A DNA stretch of 64,000 nucleotides. It comes from Alphaproteobacteria bacterium (lineage in GTDB: Bacteria; Pseudomonadota; Alphaproteobacteria; UBA828). The DNA is taken from positions 64,001-128,000 of the forward strand of contig OZ243972.1 of NCBI GenBank assembly GCA_965214705.1, in the 5' to 3' direction. The stretch's first letter is position 1. Every line of letters starts with the position of its first letter. Below the pieces are notes generated by a model, which did not search any database, had not been told where the DNA came from, and was given only the letters and a program-made list of their open reading frames with translations. Positions 1 to 10,791 of this stretch are shown in pieces. Both the position numbers and the translations under genes were made by a program.

Positions 1-72
1 GGGCAGGCCGGCGGCCGCTGCCGCGATGGCGACGAAGCGCCGCCGGGTGGGCGCGGCAGCGGGCCAGCGCAT
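1..72 (-). CDS. nosX: NosX/ApbE-family flavin transferase, N-terminal part only (runs off the window)
   Basis: ATG at 72 overlaps the nosL stop; reads MRWPAAAPTRRRFVAIAAAAAGLP (Tat-like signal); position after nosL matches nosRZDFYLX order. Confidence 0.65.
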   Translation of the reverse strand, partial: MRWPAAAPTRRRFVAIAAAAAGLP

Positions 73-620
73 CATTGGTGGTCTCCATGCGCCGACATCG
101 CGGCGTCGTCCTCATCGGCGTAGGCGAAGATGTAGCTCTCCGGCACGTCGGTGAGTGCGACGATGCGCCCGCCATGCTCGGCGACGAAGCGTTCGGCGGC
201 TTCGCGCGTCGCAAACGGCACCGCTTCCGGCACGCCCATGCCGCCCATGCGGTCGCTCCCGATCACGTACAAGGCACCGTTCGCATCGATCCAGGTGCCG
301 GGCTCGGGCGCGTCCCACTGGGCCACGCCCATGTCGTTGACGTAGATCGCGATGTAGTTGCGCGGCTCCTCCGGCAGCATGGTGAAGGCGATGGCGTCGC
401 GCACCGAGGAGAACCACACGGGCTCGGACTCGTCGGGCAGGTGAACCTGGGCCTTGGGGCCGCTGTGATCGACCAGGATCATGCCGCAGTAGTGGCCGGA
501 GGCCTCGCGTGTGGGCTCCACCGGCGCCGGCTTGGCGACAACGTCGTCGTCCTCGCCGCAGCCGGCGGCGCCCGAGAGCGCGAGCAGGCCGATAGCCAGC
601 AGGGCAAGCGCGCGTCTCAC
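72..620 (-). CDS. nosL: NosL copper chaperone lipoprotein
   Basis: C-terminal part of ORF 72..1550; GTG at 620 overlaps nosY stop; lipoprotein signal ending AGC; YCGM...GPKAQ, WFSSVRD and GGMG motifs. Confidence 0.9.
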   Translation of the reverse strand: MRRALALLAIGLLALSGAAGCGEDDDVVAKPAPVEPTREASGHYCGMILVDHSGPKAQVHLPDESEPVWFSSVRDAIAFTMLPEEPRNYIAIYVNDMGVAQWDAPEPGTWIDANGALYVIGSDRMGGMGVPEAVPFATREAAERFVAEHGGRIVALTDVPESYIFAYADEDDAAMSAHGDHQ

Positions 621-1444
621 AGCTCCTTCCTCCCGAACAGGAGGCCCGCGAGGCCGAGCGGCACCGCGATCCAGAGCACCATGACCGGGAACAGAAGCGC
701 ATGACCGAAGGCCGCCTCGGCGCTCACCCCCGCCATGCCGGAGAGCGCACCCACGGTCTCGGAACCGGCAAGCGTCAGCATGCGGTAGACGTCGGTCGGG
801 TTGAGCAGCAGCAGCACGCGGAAGAGATCGCCGGAGATTACCTGCCCTTCGTCCGCCACGAGCACGGCGAGCAGCGCCATGTCGAAGAGCACGACGAAGA
901 CCAGCCACACCGCCGTGGAGACGCCGGCTGCCGTGCCGCGCTCGGCCACCACGGCGCTGATGAGCGTGCCGAGCGCGACGAAGGCGGCGCCAAGCAGAAT
1001 CGAGCTGCCCACCATCACCCCGAAGGCGCGCCAGGCCTCGGCATCGCCGCCGTCCCCGAGGCCCGTGGCCAGCGCGGCGACGCCGAAGCCCACGACTGTG
1101 GCGATGGCGAGGATCGCCACCTGGCCTGCGAACTTGCCGAGCACGATGCGCAAGCGGGTAACCGGATGGGTCATCAGCAGCGGCATGGTGCCGCGCTCGA
1201 TCTCGCCCACCAGCGTGTCGTAGCTCACCAGCAGCCCGATGAGCGGCACCAGGAAGACCGAGAGGCTGGAGAGGCTGACGACCGTGATCGCGAGACGCGA
1301 GGCGGCGACCGTCCCGCCCGGCGCGCTGCCCACGAAGGCCAGCGTCAGCGCCAGCACGCCGAGGAGCAGCGCGGCTGCGAGCATCCAGCGGTTGCGGATG
1401 CCGGCCAAAACCTCCCGCCCGGCGATGGTTGCGACCGCCGTCAC
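617..1444 (-). CDS. nosY: NosY ABC permease
   Basis: Hydrophobic; IRNRW, GEIERGTMPLL, LNPTDVYR motifs; nos context. Confidence 0.92.
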   Translation of the reverse strand: MTAVATIAGREVLAGIRNRWMLAAALLLGVLALTLAFVGSAPGGTVAASRLAITVVSLSSLSVFLVPLIGLLVSYDTLVGEIERGTMPLLMTHPVTRLRIVLGKFAGQVAILAIATVVGFGVAALATGLGDGGDAEAWRAFGVMVGSSILLGAAFVALGTLISAVVAERGTAAGVSTAVWLVFVVLFDMALLAVLVADEGQVISGDLFRVLLLLNPTDVYRMLTLAGSETVGALSGMAGVSAEAAFGHALLFPVMVLWIAVPLGLAGLLFGRKEL

Positions 1445-2379
1445 GGCGCGCGCTCCCTCTCGCCGCCGCCGCTGCCGCCGAAACGTGCGTAGACCGCATC
1501 AAGGCCGGGCGGGACGATTTCGATGTCCTCGACTTCGTCGCCCAAGCCAAGGATGCGCTCGATCAGGGCGCGTTTCTCGTCGGCGTCGCAGCGGAGCTCG
1601 ACCGCGTGATCGTTGATCCGCTCGGACGACCGGCCGCCGAGCGCGCTCGCGAGGCGCGCGCCGCCGCCGGGGCGCACGGCCACGCGGATCGTCACCGCGA
1701 GACCGGCCCGGCGCTTGAGCTCGTCCGCCGTGCCCAAGGCCGCGAGACGACCCTCGCGCATGATCGCGATACGGTCGGTCCCGGCTTCGACCTCGGTCAG
1801 CACGTGGGAGGAGAGGATGATCGCCGTGCCTCGTCCGGCCAGTTCATGCAGCGTCTCGTGGAAGGCTTGGCGCGATTCCGGGTCGAGCCCGCCGGTGGGC
1901 TCGTCCAGGATCAGGAGCCGGGGCGCCCCCAGGATCGCCTGCGCGAAGCCCAGGCGCTGACGCATGCCCTTGGAGTAGGTCTTGACCCGCCTGCCCGCCA
2001 CCCCGGCGAGGCCGACATGGGCGAGCGCCTCCTCGCAGCCAGCCCGGCCGACTCCCTTGAGCCGGCCGTAGAAGCGGATCGTCTCGCGTCCGGTCATCGA
2101 GCCGAGGAAGGCCACGTTCTCCGGCAGGAAGCCGATCTCGCGTTTTGTTGCGGTCCAGGCCGGGCCTCCGGGGGCGCAGCCCAGGGTCGTCACGCTGCCG
2201 CGGTTGGCCCGCGTGAGGCCCAGCGCCAGCTTGAGCAGCGTGGTCTTGCCGGCACCGTTGTGGCCGAGCAGCGCGAGCCGCTCCCCGGGCGCCAAGCTGA
2301 GCGTCACCCCATCGACCGCCGCGTGCCGGCCGTAGGACTTGGCGACCGCCTCCAGCGCAAGCGCCGGCCCCTCCATCAC
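1441..2379 (-). CDS. nosF: NosF ABC ATPase
   Basis: GHNGAGKTT, YSKGMRQR, LDEPT; lies between nosD and nosY. Confidence 0.92.
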   Translation of the reverse strand: MMEGPALALEAVAKSYGRHAAVDGVTLSLAPGERLALLGHNGAGKTTLLKLALGLTRANRGSVTTLGCAPGGPAWTATKREIGFLPENVAFLGSMTGRETIRFYGRLKGVGRAGCEEALAHVGLAGVAGRRVKTYSKGMRQRLGFAQAILGAPRLLILDEPTGGLDPESRQAFHETLHELAGRGTAIILSSHVLTEVEAGTDRIAIMREGRLAALGTADELKRRAGLAVTIRVAVRPGGGARLASALGGRSSERINDHAVELRCDADEKRALIERILGLGDEVEDIEIVPPGLDAVYARFGGSGGGERERAP

Positions 2380-3647
2380 CCGGTCTCCAACTCAGGCGGT
2401 CGCATCAGCGGGGCGGAATCGATCACGCCGCCCGGATAGATGGAGGGGAAGCGGTCATGAGCCCAGCGCAGGATGCGCACCGACGGGCTGGTCAGCAGCA
2501 GCTTAGCCAGCGGGTGGCGCCAGACCACCTGGTCGACGAGGTCGTTGGGCCGGTAGGGCACGTCGCCGATGCCGTCGCCATCGAGATCGAGCGCGGGATT
2601 GTCGCTCCAGTAGTTGCCGACGCCTTCGTCGGACCACTCGACGTGACGCGTGCCGACGTACTTCACCTGGGTCGCGTTGCCGACGAAGCCGTTGCCCGCG
2701 ATGCGATTGCCCTCGGAGCCTGCGGTGAAGTGGATGCCGATGGCGCAGCCCTCGAAGAGATTGCCGCTGAGCACGTTGCGGTTGGCATTGTAGAGAAAGA
2801 CGCACTTGTCGCGGCCGGCGCGCACGAGATTGCGCTCGATGCGCGACTTGTTGGTGAAGTTGAAGAGGAAGCCGTGGTCGCGGTCGCCTGTGGAGCGGTT
2901 GTCGAACACGCGGAGGCGATCCGAATACATCAGCGCGTAGCCCACGTGGTTGTCGTGGGAGACATTGCCGCTGACCTCGCTGTCGTGGGTGTACATGTAG
3001 TGGATGGCGAAGCGCAGTTCGCGAAACTCGTTGTTTCGGAACGCGTTCTTGCGGCTGGTCGTGACGAAGATGCCGTCGCGGCCGTAGCGCACGTCGTTGC
3101 CCTCCACCACCGAGCCCTTGGCCGCCCAGAGATGGATGCCGTTGCCGCGCTCGCTCATGCGCAGGTCGCGGTTGCCGATCACCTCGTTGTCCCGCACCAG
3201 CGCGTTGCGGGCGCCGTGCAGGTAAATCCCGAACAGGTTGTTCTCGAGCCGATTGCCCTCGATCAGCGCTCCCTTGGCCGGCTTGTCGAGGAAGATGCCG
3301 GCGTCGGTCTCGGCAAGGCTCGTGCCGGAGTTGCGGACGGTGAGCCCGCGCACCACCACATCGGGCGCGGCAACGCTGAGCACCCGCCCCTTGCCACCGC
3401 TGTCGAGGACCGCGCCGGGCGCACCCTCAAGCGTGAGCGTGCGGTCGATGACGATCGGACCAGGGTAACGGCCCGGTGCAAGCCGCAGCACCGCGCCGGG
3501 CTCGGCGGCATCCAGCGCGGCCTGCAGCGTCCCTTCGCCGGGCGAGACCTCGATGACGGCGGCGGGCGCGGCACGCACCTCCCCCGCGACGGCGGCAAAC
3601 AACGCCACCGCCGCGCCGAGAGCGAGCACCGCGCGCCGCACGCGCAT
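2376..3647 (-). CDS. nosD: NosD periplasmic copper-maturation protein
   Basis: Beta-helix repeats, RGNGIHLW, IHYMY, GNYWSD..DLDGDGIGD; ATG at 3647 overlaps nosZ stop. Confidence 0.93.
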   Translation of the reverse strand: MRVRRAVLALGAAVALFAAVAGEVRAAPAAVIEVSPGEGTLQAALDAAEPGAVLRLAPGRYPGPIVIDRTLTLEGAPGAVLDSGGKGRVLSVAAPDVVVRGLTVRNSGTSLAETDAGIFLDKPAKGALIEGNRLENNLFGIYLHGARNALVRDNEVIGNRDLRMSERGNGIHLWAAKGSVVEGNDVRYGRDGIFVTTSRKNAFRNNEFRELRFAIHYMYTHDSEVSGNVSHDNHVGYALMYSDRLRVFDNRSTGDRDHGFLFNFTNKSRIERNLVRAGRDKCVFLYNANRNVLSGNLFEGCAIGIHFTAGSEGNRIAGNGFVGNATQVKYVGTRHVEWSDEGVGNYWSDNPALDLDGDGIGDVPYRPNDLVDQVVWRHPLAKLLLTSPSVRILRWAHDRFPSIYPGGVIDSAPLMRPPELETG

Positions 3648-5578
3648 CAGGCGGTCTTGGGCTTCACGAACATGCGCCCGCGCATCTCCATGTGCAGCGC
3701 ATGACAGAACCACTGGCAATAGAACCAGTGTACGCCGGGCCGGTCGGCAGTAAACGTCACCGACGCAGTCGCCTGAGGCGCCACCTCCATGGCCACCCCG
3801 TAGTTGGAAAGCGACCAGCCGTGGCTGAGGTCGTCCACATCGTCCTGGTTGGTGATGTAGACGGTGACCTCGTCGCCCTCGTTCACCTCGAAGGTCTCGA
3901 GACTGAACGCGGGTGCGATCGAGTACATGTAGACCCGCACCTTGCTGCCGTCGCGGATCACGTCCTCGCCCCAGTCGAGATCGACACCATCCTTCGCCGC
4001 CTGCTGGCGCGCCTCTTCCCAGGTCGGGTCTTCACGGTCCCAGATCTGCTTCGGGTTCATCTTGCTGCGATGAACGATGATGCAGTCGTGAGGCTCCGAG
4101 AAAGTGGGGCCGTCATGGACCAGCTCCATCTTGTCGCCCGAGATGTCTATGAGCTGCTCGCATTCGGGCTTGAGCGGGCCCACGTTGATGAACCGGTCCT
4201 TCGAGAACTTGTTCAGCGATACCAGCCACTTGCCGTCTGCCTCCTTGGTCTCGCCCATGGAGGTGTGGTTGTGCCCCGGCTGGTAGTGAACGTCGATCTT
4301 CTCGACGATCGGGTCCACCTCCTCGCCATTGTACTGGCGAATCGCGGCATCCATGTTCCACTTGCAGACTTGGCTGTCGAGGAAGATCGTCGTGAAGCAG
4401 TTGCCGTGTCCGTCGAAGGCGGTGTGGAGTGGGCCGAGGCCAAGCTCGGGCTCGGCGACGATCACGTCGCGCGGCGCGATCTTGTCGTCGAACAGGTCGT
4501 CGAGGCGGCGCACGTCGATGACCGAGACGGTCGGCGACAGCTTGCCGTTGATGACGATGTGGTGGCCGTCGGGCGCCGTGTTGACGCCGTGGGGGCTGGT
4601 GGAAATCGGGATGTAGCGGGTGTAGGGCGAGCCCTTGCGGCCGTCCAGCACCTTGACGCCCTGGTGCATGGTGTAGTCGCCGTCCTTCACCCCCTGTTCG
4701 ATGCGGGCAATGTTGAAGACCACGGCCCAGTCCTGCTCGGCGGCGGTCATCTCCTCCAGGTTCATGCCCATTTCGGAATTGTAGCAGGTGGAGACCGCGT
4801 ACTTGCCCTGATAGTCGGCATCGACGTTGTCGAGGTTGCCGTCGACGATCACCTGCCAGGCGACCTCCATGGTGTCGCCGTCGAGCGCGGTGAAGATGGC
4901 GATGTACTGCGACGGATCATTGAGCACGGAGCCGTCGTTGGGCAGCGGAATCTCGTGCTCACCGTTGCAGAACACATAGCCCGTGCGCGGATATTTCTGG
5001 GGCCGCAGGCCGTGGATGTCGTTGGCGTTGGGGATCTCCACGATCTTGTCGACCTTCATCACGTCGCAGCGGATGCGGGCAACACGCGTGTTCGCCTTGT
5101 CATTGATCCAGACATAGCGCCCGTCGTAGGTGCCGTCGGTGAACGACATGTGCGGGTGGTGCGCATCGCCGTTGGTGTAGATGCCGCCGCGGGATTCCAG
5201 GAACTTCCGGGTCTCGGGTGTGAGCCCCTCGGTCATGATTCGGCGGCTCTCGTTGGTGAGTCCCCAGCCGGTGGCGCTGCAGCGGTTGAACACCGGAATG
5301 CGCAGGAGCTCGCGCATGGAGGGAACGCCGAAGACGCGCACCTCGCCGGACTGGCCGCTCGACCAGAAGCCGTAATACTCGTCGAGCTGGCCCGGCCCCA
5401 CGTAGGCGGAGCCTGCCTCGGTCGCGGCGTGCGCCTTGCGCGGCGGACCGGCGGGAGTGACCCCGGCGACGCCGGCAGCGACCACTCCGCCCACGGTGGC
5501 GATCTTGGCCGTGCTGCCGATCAGATCGCGGCGTGTGACGCCGGTCTTCTCCGGGGCATCGTGTTTTTTCTTCGACAT
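3647..5578 (-). CDS. nosZ: Nitrous-oxide reductase, clade I (Tat-exported)
   Basis: TRRDLI Tat motif; CuZ histidine motifs (DAHHPH, HG, PHG, PLH, QPGH, EPHD); Cu[13 protein letters not shown]. Confidence 0.97.
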   Translation of the reverse strand: MSKKKHDAPEKTGVTRRDLIGSTAKIATVGGVVAAGVAGVTPAGPPRKAHAATEAGSAYVGPGQLDEYYGFWSSGQSGEVRVFGVPSMRELLRIPVFNRCSATGWGLTNESRRIMTEGLTPETRKFLESRGGIYTNGDAHHPHMSFTDGTYDGRYVWINDKANTRVARIRCDVMKVDKIVEIPNANDIHGLRPQKYPRTGYVFCNGEHEIPLPNDGSVLNDPSQYIAIFTALDGDTMEVAWQVIVDGNLDNVDADYQGKYAVSTCYNSEMGMNLEEMTAAEQDWAVVFNIARIEQGVKDGDYTMHQGVKVLDGRKGSPYTRYIPISTSPHGVNTAPDGHHIVINGKLSPTVSVIDVRRLDDLFDDKIAPRDVIVAEPELGLGPLHTAFDGHGNCFTTIFLDSQVCKWNMDAAIRQYNGEEVDPIVEKIDVHYQPGHNHTSMGETKEADGKWLVSLNKFSKDRFINVGPLKPECEQLIDISGDKMELVHDGPTFSEPHDCIIVHRSKMNPKQIWDREDPTWEEARQQAAKDGVDLDWGEDVIRDGSKVRVYMYSIAPAFSLETFEVNEGDEVTVYITNQDDVDDLSHGWSLSNYGVAMEVAPQATASVTFTADRPGVHWFYCQWFCHALHMEMRGRMFVKPKTA

Positions 5579-5601
5579 GGCTTTCTCCTCCTTGCTTGGC
5601 A

Positions 5602-7854
5602 TCAGGGACTCGTTGCTGTGCCGGTTGGGCCTGCGGGAGCTGCAGGCGGGACGGTGATATTCGCGGAGGCGCGCGCGCGTCGACGCTCGCGCCGGAGGCG
5701 GCGCTGGATCATTGGCGGGCAGCGATGCTCGTCGTGATAGACCTGCTGGCAGTGCAGGCAGTAGAGGCACTCGTTCTGGTTGATGTGCCCGTCCGGATGG
5801 ATCGCCTGGACCATGCATTCCTGGGCGCAGCGATGGCAGGGCGCGCCGCATTCCTTGTGGCGGCGCAGCCACTCCATGATCCTGATCTTGCCGGGGATCG
5901 CGAGCGCCGCCCCCAGCGGGCAGAGGTAGCGGCAGAAGAAGCGCTCGACGAAGAGCCCGGTGCCGAGCAGCACGCCGGCCCAGGCCACGAACGGCCAGTC
6001 ATGGGCGAAGCGCAGGATCACGGTGGTCTTGAAGGGCTCGACCTCCGCCAGGCGTTCGGCGAAGGCGAGGTCGTAGAGCGAGACTCCGGCAAGGCCGATG
6101 AAGATCACGTACTTCACCGGCCAGAGGCGCTCGTGCAGGCCCCAGGGCAGCGTCACTTGGGGCACCCGCGCGAGCCGCGCTGCCTTGTTGAGCAGCTCCT
6201 GCAGCGCGCCAAAGGGGCAGAGCCAGCCGCAGAACACGCCCCGGCCCCAGAAGATCAGCGCCAGCGCGGTGCCGCACCAGAGCAGGAAGATCAGCGGGTC
6301 CATCAGGAAGTAGGACCAGCGGAACTCGGTAATCAGCGCGTTGCCGAATGTCATGATGTTGACCACCGAGAGCTGGGCCTGGGCGAAGCCGCCGAGCCAG
6401 GCGACGATGAAGAGCAGGAAGCCCACGCGCACGCCGGTCGCGAGCTTGGGCCGGCGTGCGAACCAGTCCTGGAAGAAGAAGATCAGGGTGAGCGCGATCA
6501 TGGCCGCGCCGAGCACCGCCACGTCGACGATTCGATCCTCCCAGATGCGCCGCCAGAGCTCCGGCGCGGCTTCCGGCTCGGTCAGGGTCTGGTCGGTGGC
6601 TGAAGGCGCAGGTCCGGGCAGCGGCCTCAGATAACGTGCGGGCAACGTGTAGGAGAGCTCGTAGAGCAAGAAATCCTTGTCGAGCGCACCGATCGCGCGC
6701 TGCACCAGGAGTTGGAGCGTCCAAGGTGCTACGGGGTCGAACTCGGCGTCAGCCGGCACCACGAAGAGGCCAATTTCGGAGAAGGGCTGCGCCAAGTCCG
6801 CCGCCACCTCACCCAGGTGCTTGTACTGGCGGTCGCGGAAGCGGATGCTGCCATCGCCCTGGACGAGCTGAACACGGTCGAAGATCCCGCCGCGCACGAA
6901 GCCCGAGCCCTTGAACGAATAGAGGCCGTTGGCGGCAATCAGCAGCGCGTGCTGGCCGGGCTCCAGCCGTGCGCGGAGGTTCTCGTATTCGGCGTCGCCA
7001 AGCAGGCTCCGGCCGATGACCGGCACGCTGACCTCCGCCGCGTAGAGGTCGATGAAGCGCGCCTCCGGGTCGTCACTCTCTGGCCGCTCGGCGGCTTTCT
7101 CCTTGCCCGCAGCGGCGAAGTCTGCGGTTACCTCGCCGACGCTGAGGTTGAGCCGACGCACCGAGCCGTCGCCGATCAGGGTCATCCAGTCGTCGACGCC
7201 CCCTTGCGCGGTGTCGACCTCGCCCCGGGGCGGCGCGCCGGACGCCCGTTCCCCGCCGAGCCCAGCGAGGCCCAGCGCGCGTGCCATTCGCAGCGAGGAG
7301 CGGCGGATGGCGTCGTCGATCACCAGGATGGTGACCGTGGCGCCGGCGATGATATCGAGCGAGCGGTCGCTGGCATCGCGTTCCTCCAGGAACTCGCGCA
7401 CGTTGCGCCCGACGTAGTCCGCGATGAAGCTCTTGATCCGGCGCTCGGGAATCCCGATCAGCACGATGGGCTCGTGGTGCTTGTGCAGCGCGGCACCGGT
7501 GATCGTGCCCTCGGTGTCGAGCCCGATCAGGAGGTGAATGGGCTTGCCGGAATAGCCCACTGCGCCCGCGACATCCGTGTTCAGGAAGACGTAGCCCTTG
7601 AGCGAGGACCCTTCGAGCGCCTGCGCACGGGGCGGCGCGCCTTCGACCGGGCCTAAGCGGTCGGCGCCCGGCACAAGGTCTGCGGGCGCAATCTTGGTGA
7701 GCGCGGTGCCGAGCTTGACGGCGGCGTGCGCTTCGCCAGCGAGGGCGACGAAGACGAGGAGCAGCAACAGCGATGCCCCGGTGCTGGCCCCGAGGTGGAC
7801 CGTGCGCGCCGCTATCCTGCAGCGCCTCGCGCCAGAAAACGAACCCGCTGTCAT
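5602..7854 (-). CDS. nosR: NosR FMN/Fe-S membrane protein
   Basis: [19 protein letters not shown] site, [19 protein letters not shown]-terminal ferredoxin cysteines; start approximate. Confidence 0.93.
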   Translation of the reverse strand: MTAGSFSGARRCRIAARTVHLGASTGASLLLLLVFVALAGEAHAAVKLGTALTKIAPADLVPGADRLGPVEGAPPRAQALEGSSLKGYVFLNTDVAGAVGYSGKPIHLLIGLDTEGTITGAALHKHHEPIVLIGIPERRIKSFIADYVGRNVREFLEERDASDRSLDIIAGATVTILVIDDAIRRSSLRMARALGLAGLGGERASGAPPRGEVDTAQGGVDDWMTLIGDGSVRRLNLSVGEVTADFAAAGKEKAAERPESDDPEARFIDLYAAEVSVPVIGRSLLGDAEYENLRARLEPGQHALLIAANGLYSFKGSGFVRGGIFDRVQLVQGDGSIRFRDRQYKHLGEVAADLAQPFSEIGLFVVPADAEFDPVAPWTLQLLVQRAIGALDKDFLLYELSYTLPARYLRPLPGPAPSATDQTLTEPEAAPELWRRIWEDRIVDVAVLGAAMIALTLIFFFQDWFARRPKLATGVRVGFLLFIVAWLGGFAQAQLSVVNIMTFGNALITEFRWSYFLMDPLIFLLWCGTALALIFWGRGVFCGWLCPFGALQELLNKAARLARVPQVTLPWGLHERLWPVKYVIFIGLAGVSLYDLAFAERLAEVEPFKTTVILRFAHDWPFVAWAGVLLGTGLFVERFFCRYLCPLGAALAIPGKIRIMEWLRRHKECGAPCHRCAQECMVQAIHPDGHINQNECLYCLHCQQVYHDEHRCPPMIQRRLRRERRRARASANITVPPAAPAGPTGTATSP

Positions 7855-7948
7855 GGCATGCGCGTCGTGGCGAATGGGCGATCGGCTCCCGAGAAGTGCG
7901 GCGACGGGCTCCCTCAGAACCAGTCTGAAGCGCGCACACGCCAGCGCC

Positions 7949-7962
7949 TTGATCTGCGTCAA
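7949..7962. promoter_or_regulatory. FNR/DNR/NnrR-type binding box upstream of nosR
   Basis: TTGAT-CTGC-GTCAA, one mismatch to TTGAT-N4-ATCAA, ~95 bp upstream of the proposed nosR start. Confidence 0.75.
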
Positions 7963-8053
7963 CAGACGGGCACAGGGGCCGTCATTGCCCGCCTGTTTCG
8001 GCGTCGCTACGATGCCGCGCTTTGGCGCGAGAAGCCGGCGGGGAGGACGAATT

Positions 8054-8938
8054 ATGACTGATGACGGTGGCACCAAGGTGGCGTTTCTCGGGCTCGGCGT
8101 GATGGGGTTTCCCATGGCAGGGCACCTCGCTAAAGCGGGCCATGAGGTCACCGTCTACAACCGAACCGCAGCCAAGGCCAAACAATGGACCGAGACCCAC
8201 CAAGGCAGCGCCGCCCCGACCCCTGCCGCTGCCGCCCAAGGCGCGGAGATGGTCTTCGCCTGCGTCGGCGCCGATGACGACCTACGCGCAGTCGTCTACG
8301 GCGACGACGGTGCGCTCGCCGGCATGGCGGATGGCGCCATCTTCATCGATCACACGACTGATTCCGCCGTTGTCGCCCGCGAGGTCTATGCCGCAGCCAA
8401 GGAGCGGGGCGTGGGCTTCCTCGATGCCCCGGTCTCGGGCGGCCAGGCGGGCGCCGAGAACGGCGTGCTGACCGTGATGGTGGGCGGCGACGAGGCGGAG
8501 TTCGCGCGTGCCCAGCCAGTCATCGACGCGTTCGCACGCAACGTCACCCACATGGGGCCGGCAGGGAACGGCCAACTCACCAAGATGGTGAACCAGATCT
8601 GCATCGCGGGCGTGGTTCAGGGGCTCGCGGAAGCCATCAACTTCGCCCAGCGCGCCGGCCTCGACGGTGAGACCGTGCTTGAGGTCATCTCCAAGGGCGC
8701 AGCGCAGTCCTGGCAGATGGAGAACCGGGGCTCGACCATGCTGCGGGGCGAGTTCGAGTTCGGCTTTGCCGTCGACTGGATGCGGAAGGACCTGAGCCTC
8801 TGTTTCGAGGAGGGCAAGAAGAATGGCGCCCTCCTGCCGATGTCCATGCTGGTGGACCAGTTCTACGCCCACGTGCAGCAGCGCGGTGGCAACCGCTGGG
8901 ACACCTCCAGCCTGATCCACCTGCTCCAGAACATGTAG
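8054..8938 (+). CDS. NAD(P)-dependent beta-hydroxyacid dehydrogenase (3-hydroxyisobutyrate/tartronate semialdehyde reductase family)
   Basis: FLGLGVMG, DAPVSGG, KMVNQ, KDL motifs. Confidence 0.9.
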   Translation: MTDDGGTKVAFLGLGVMGFPMAGHLAKAGHEVTVYNRTAAKAKQWTETHQGSAAPTPAAAAQGAEMVFACVGADDDLRAVVYGDDGALAGMADGAIFIDHTTDSAVVAREVYAAAKERGVGFLDAPVSGGQAGAENGVLTVMVGGDEAEFARAQPVIDAFARNVTHMGPAGNGQLTKMVNQICIAGVVQGLAEAINFAQRAGLDGETVLEVISKGAAQSWQMENRGSTMLRGEFEFGFAVDWMRKDLSLCFEEGKKNGALLPMSMLVDQFYAHVQQRGGNRWDTSSLIHLLQNM

Positions 8939-8947
8939 GTGTCGCGC

Positions 8948-9335
8948 CTACGCCGCCTCGATATCGGTCAGGGCGAAGTCCTCGCCTTTGAACAGCAGGG
9001 GCTCACCGGTCACCTCGGCGAGGGCATAGGCGAAGCAGTCGCCGAAGTTGAGCGCCGCCGGATGATTGCCCTTGCCGAACCGCCGCCAAGCTTGGCGAGC
9101 GACATTGACATGTTCCTGTGTGACAGGCTCCAACTTGATCTTTGCTCTTTTCAGAAGAGCATCTAATGCGTCCCCAGCCCCTGGCGCCGCCCCTACCTTC
9201 TACAACCATCGCCGACTCTAGCAATGCGACTGCCGTCATGCGGCGGGGCCATGCGTCGGCGATCGCATCCTCGAAGCGTCCAGCATCCGGCTCCCGGAGC
9301 AGGATCGCGAGAATAGCCGAGCTGTCGATAATCAC
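8948..9335 (-). pseudogene. vapC: VapC PIN-domain toxin with a +1 frameshift
   Basis: [12 protein letters not shown]-terminus and LNFGDCFAYALA...LLFKGEDF C-terminus are in different frames; span is 388 nt; extra base in the C run at 9178-9181. Confidence 0.8.
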
Positions 9336-9589
9336 TTGGGTAGGCCCCGCTTGTCGTAGAGGTAGTCGCCATGCTCCACCGCCGAAGGTCCTGGCTTCAG
9401 ATTGCGAGCGCAACGCTCGGCGATGGCGCGAATATCCCGTTTTAGGGCAGCCGCGTCGCGTTGCCGTGTCTCGCGCTCCAGCCGCTCGCGGAGCGCGACG
9501 GTAATGGCGCCGGTCATGCTCTCGCCGGTGAGCTGCGCGAGCTCGCGGGCCAACCGGCAAGTCTCGTCGTTCTTGATGTTGAGGCTCAT
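9332..9589 (-). CDS. vapB: VapB antitoxin (PSK operon transcription factor-like)
   Basis: [29 protein letters not shown]...LYDKRGLPK; GTGA overlap with vapC. Confidence 0.88.
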   Translation of the reverse strand: MSLNIKNDETCRLARELAQLTGESMTGAITVALRERLERETRQRDAAALKRDIRAIAERCARNLKPGPSAVEHGDYLYDKRGLPK

Positions 9590-9669
9590 CGTCGCCACCA
9601 GGGTAGAAACTTCACCGCACTTTCTACCCTAGCGCAGCAGCCACGCCGCCGGCAATGCCGACGCGCCCT

Positions 9670-10743
9670 TCAGCGAGCGGAGCGGATGAGTTCGCCGGTC
9701 TCGCCGTGGAAGAGGTGGCAGCGGTCGGGATCGACCGCGAGGTTCACCCGCTCGCCAAGGGTGAACTGCGGCTGGCCCGGCGCCTGCACCTTGAGAATCT
9801 GCTCACCCACGCTGACATCGACGATGGTGAATGCGCCGAGCGGCTCGACCTCGTAGATGGCGGCCTCGACCCCGCCGTTGGCGCCGGCCACACCGATCCC
9901 CAAATCCTCCGGCCGCACGGCGAGGGCCGCCGGCCCTTCCCCCTCGGCACCCTCCAACGTGATCGAAAACGGCACGTCGCCCCCCTCAAACCGGCCACCG
10001 TTCGCGAGGGTGCCGTCGACGAAGTTCATCGGCGGCGCGCCGATCAGCTCCGCCACGTAGCGGCTGTTCGGCAGGTTGTAGATCTCGGCCGGCGTGCCCA
10101 CCTGGCGGATCTCGCCTTCCTCCATAACTGCGATGCGATCGGCGATCGACATCGCCTCCTCCTGGTCGTGGGTGACATACACGATGGTGTGGTGCAGCTC
10201 GCGTTGGAGGCGCTTGAGCTCGACGCGCATCTCCTCGCGGAGCCTGGCATCGAGCGCGGCGATCGGCTCGTCCATGAGGAAGGCTGCAGGGTCGCGCACG
10301 AGCGCCCGGCCGATGGCGACGCGCTGGCGCTCGCCCCCGCTCAGGTGTGCCGGCATCTTGTCGAGCAGCGGCGTGATGTGCAGGGTCTCCGCCACCTCGA
10401 CCACCCGCGCCTTGATCGCGGCCTTCTCCAGCTTCCGCTCCACCAGCGGGAAGGCGAGGTTCTGCCCCGCGGTCATATGTGGGAAGAGCGCGAGGTTCTG
10501 GAACACCATCGCCAGATTGCGCTCCTTCGGCCCCTGATCGACGACGGGCTCGTCGCCGATGATGATCTCGCCCTCGTCCGGTGCTACCAGCCCGAGCAGC
10601 AGGCGCAGGATCGTCGTCTTGCCCGAGCTCGGCGGGCCGAAGATGCAGAAGAACTTGTTGTCCTCGACAACGAGTTCGATGTCCTTCACGGCGACGGTCT
10701 TGCCGTAGGACTTGCTCGTGTTCCTCAGCTCGAGCTGTGCCAT
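9670..10743 (-). CDS. Carbohydrate-type ABC ATPase (MalK-like)
   Basis: GPPSSGKTT, LSGGERQR, VTHDQEEA, C-terminal TOBE-like region. Confidence 0.9.
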   Translation of the reverse strand: MAQLELRNTSKSYGKTVAVKDIELVVEDNKFFCIFGPPSSGKTTILRLLLGLVAPDEGEIIIGDEPVVDQGPKERNLAMVFQNLALFPHMTAGQNLAFPLVERKLEKAAIKARVVEVAETLHITPLLDKMPAHLSGGERQRVAIGRALVRDPAAFLMDEPIAALDARLREEMRVELKRLQRELHHTIVYVTHDQEEAMSIADRIAVMEEGEIRQVGTPAEIYNLPNSRYVAELIGAPPMNFVDGTLANGGRFEGGDVPFSITLEGAEGEGPAALAVRPEDLGIGVAGANGGVEAAIYEVEPLGAFTIVDVSVGEQILKVQAPGQPQFTLGERVNLAVDPDRCHLFHGETGELIRSAR

Positions 10744-10791
10744 GGCGCTGTCGGAGCTCTCCCCTAAGCGGGTGACGGAGGGCGGGCCGCG

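Noticed and set aside
72-1550. 492-aa NosL fusion
   Set aside because: The upstream part is an alternate frame over nosY; the true start is GTG at 620 with a lipoprotein signal
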